DNA of 64,000 nt. It comes from Octopus vulgaris. Its lineage: Eukaryota. The stretch covers positions 19,468,001-19,532,000 of the forward strand of contig OX597825.1 of the NCBI GenBank assembly GCA_951406725.2. The letters run 5' to 3'. The notes under the pieces are model-generated. The model had not been told where the DNA came from, ran no database searches, and was given only the letters and a program-made list of their open reading frames with translations. Shown piece after piece: positions 63,431 through 64,000 of this stretch. Within the stretch, counting starts at the first letter, position 1. Each line of letters opens with the position of its first letter. The translations under genes were made by a program, and so were the position numbers.

Positions 63431-64000
63431 GATAAGTATTCTATATTGTGTTTGCATAAATATTGGAGGAATTTCGAAATGATACGATCACGTAGTCTAT
63501 AATATCCTCATGGGAACGCGCATAAGTTTTGATAATTTGATAATATGGTCTTAAATTGAGTGGATCAATGTCTCACAGAATTTTAACCTGACCTATTCAT
63601 TCGAAACAAATAACAGTAAGGTGACATAAATACACAGATGGGAATGAAACTAAACTTGTTTCAAAGAAAATATATCCCACTGGCAAAACTCATTTCGAAA
63701 TTTCAGTCGCCATTAAATGTAAAATTAACATTCAGACGCCATTTTGACATTTCACCAGCTACGAGGGAAATTTCACTTAATTAAGTATTGTTTGTGAACA
63801 TCTTCCCGTTGTTTCCCTCTTTCGCCTTTACACTTATTTATCTTAATGAAATAAATTCTTAATTTCCTGTAATTATCCCCCCCCTTTTCTTGCAGAGTTC
63901 CTGACAATGGAGGCCAGATTGTTTTCTAATTTCTCAGCGAAAAGGCAAAGTTCAATTAATTAACATTTTTTTTTCCAACACATTTCTTGAGACTATCACT

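Overview
AT-rich, repeat-dense animal genomic DNA with no host protein-coding exon that I can identify with confidence, so probably intronic or intergenic. The tRNA-headed SINE families and extreme (TA)n/(AAT)n/(ATC)n load resemble those I recall from Octopus genomes; this is inference, not a database result. Nearly all listed ORFs are microsatellite or SINE read-through. Recognisable content: about 30 copies or fragments of 4 tRNA-derived SINE families, several with target-site duplications (TSDs), nesting or tandem multimers; decayed LINE remnants (RTE endonuclease, two CR1-like RT C-termini, a possible gag-like ORF1); a Penelope-type GIY-YIG remnant; three mariner derivatives, two of them fold-backs; Tc1-type and hAT-type MITEs; two non-autonomous Helitrons; and a 150-159 bp higher-order triplet minisatellite. 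Best candidate for an undescribed system: 55635-56179, a 545-bp palindromic element with a 10-bp TSD. Each arm is a tRNA-like Pol III head + (AAT)n linker + minimal type I hammerhead ribozyme, and one side carries a Penelope-style tail. The same tRNA head is fused directly to a Penelope GIY-YIG remnant at 26490-26890. Together these suggest a Pol III-driven, ribozyme-bearing SINE mobilised by Penelope-like elements. Two more hammerheads and one half-hammerhead, all with different sequences, also occur in the window. Coordinates were read by eye and may be off by a few bases.
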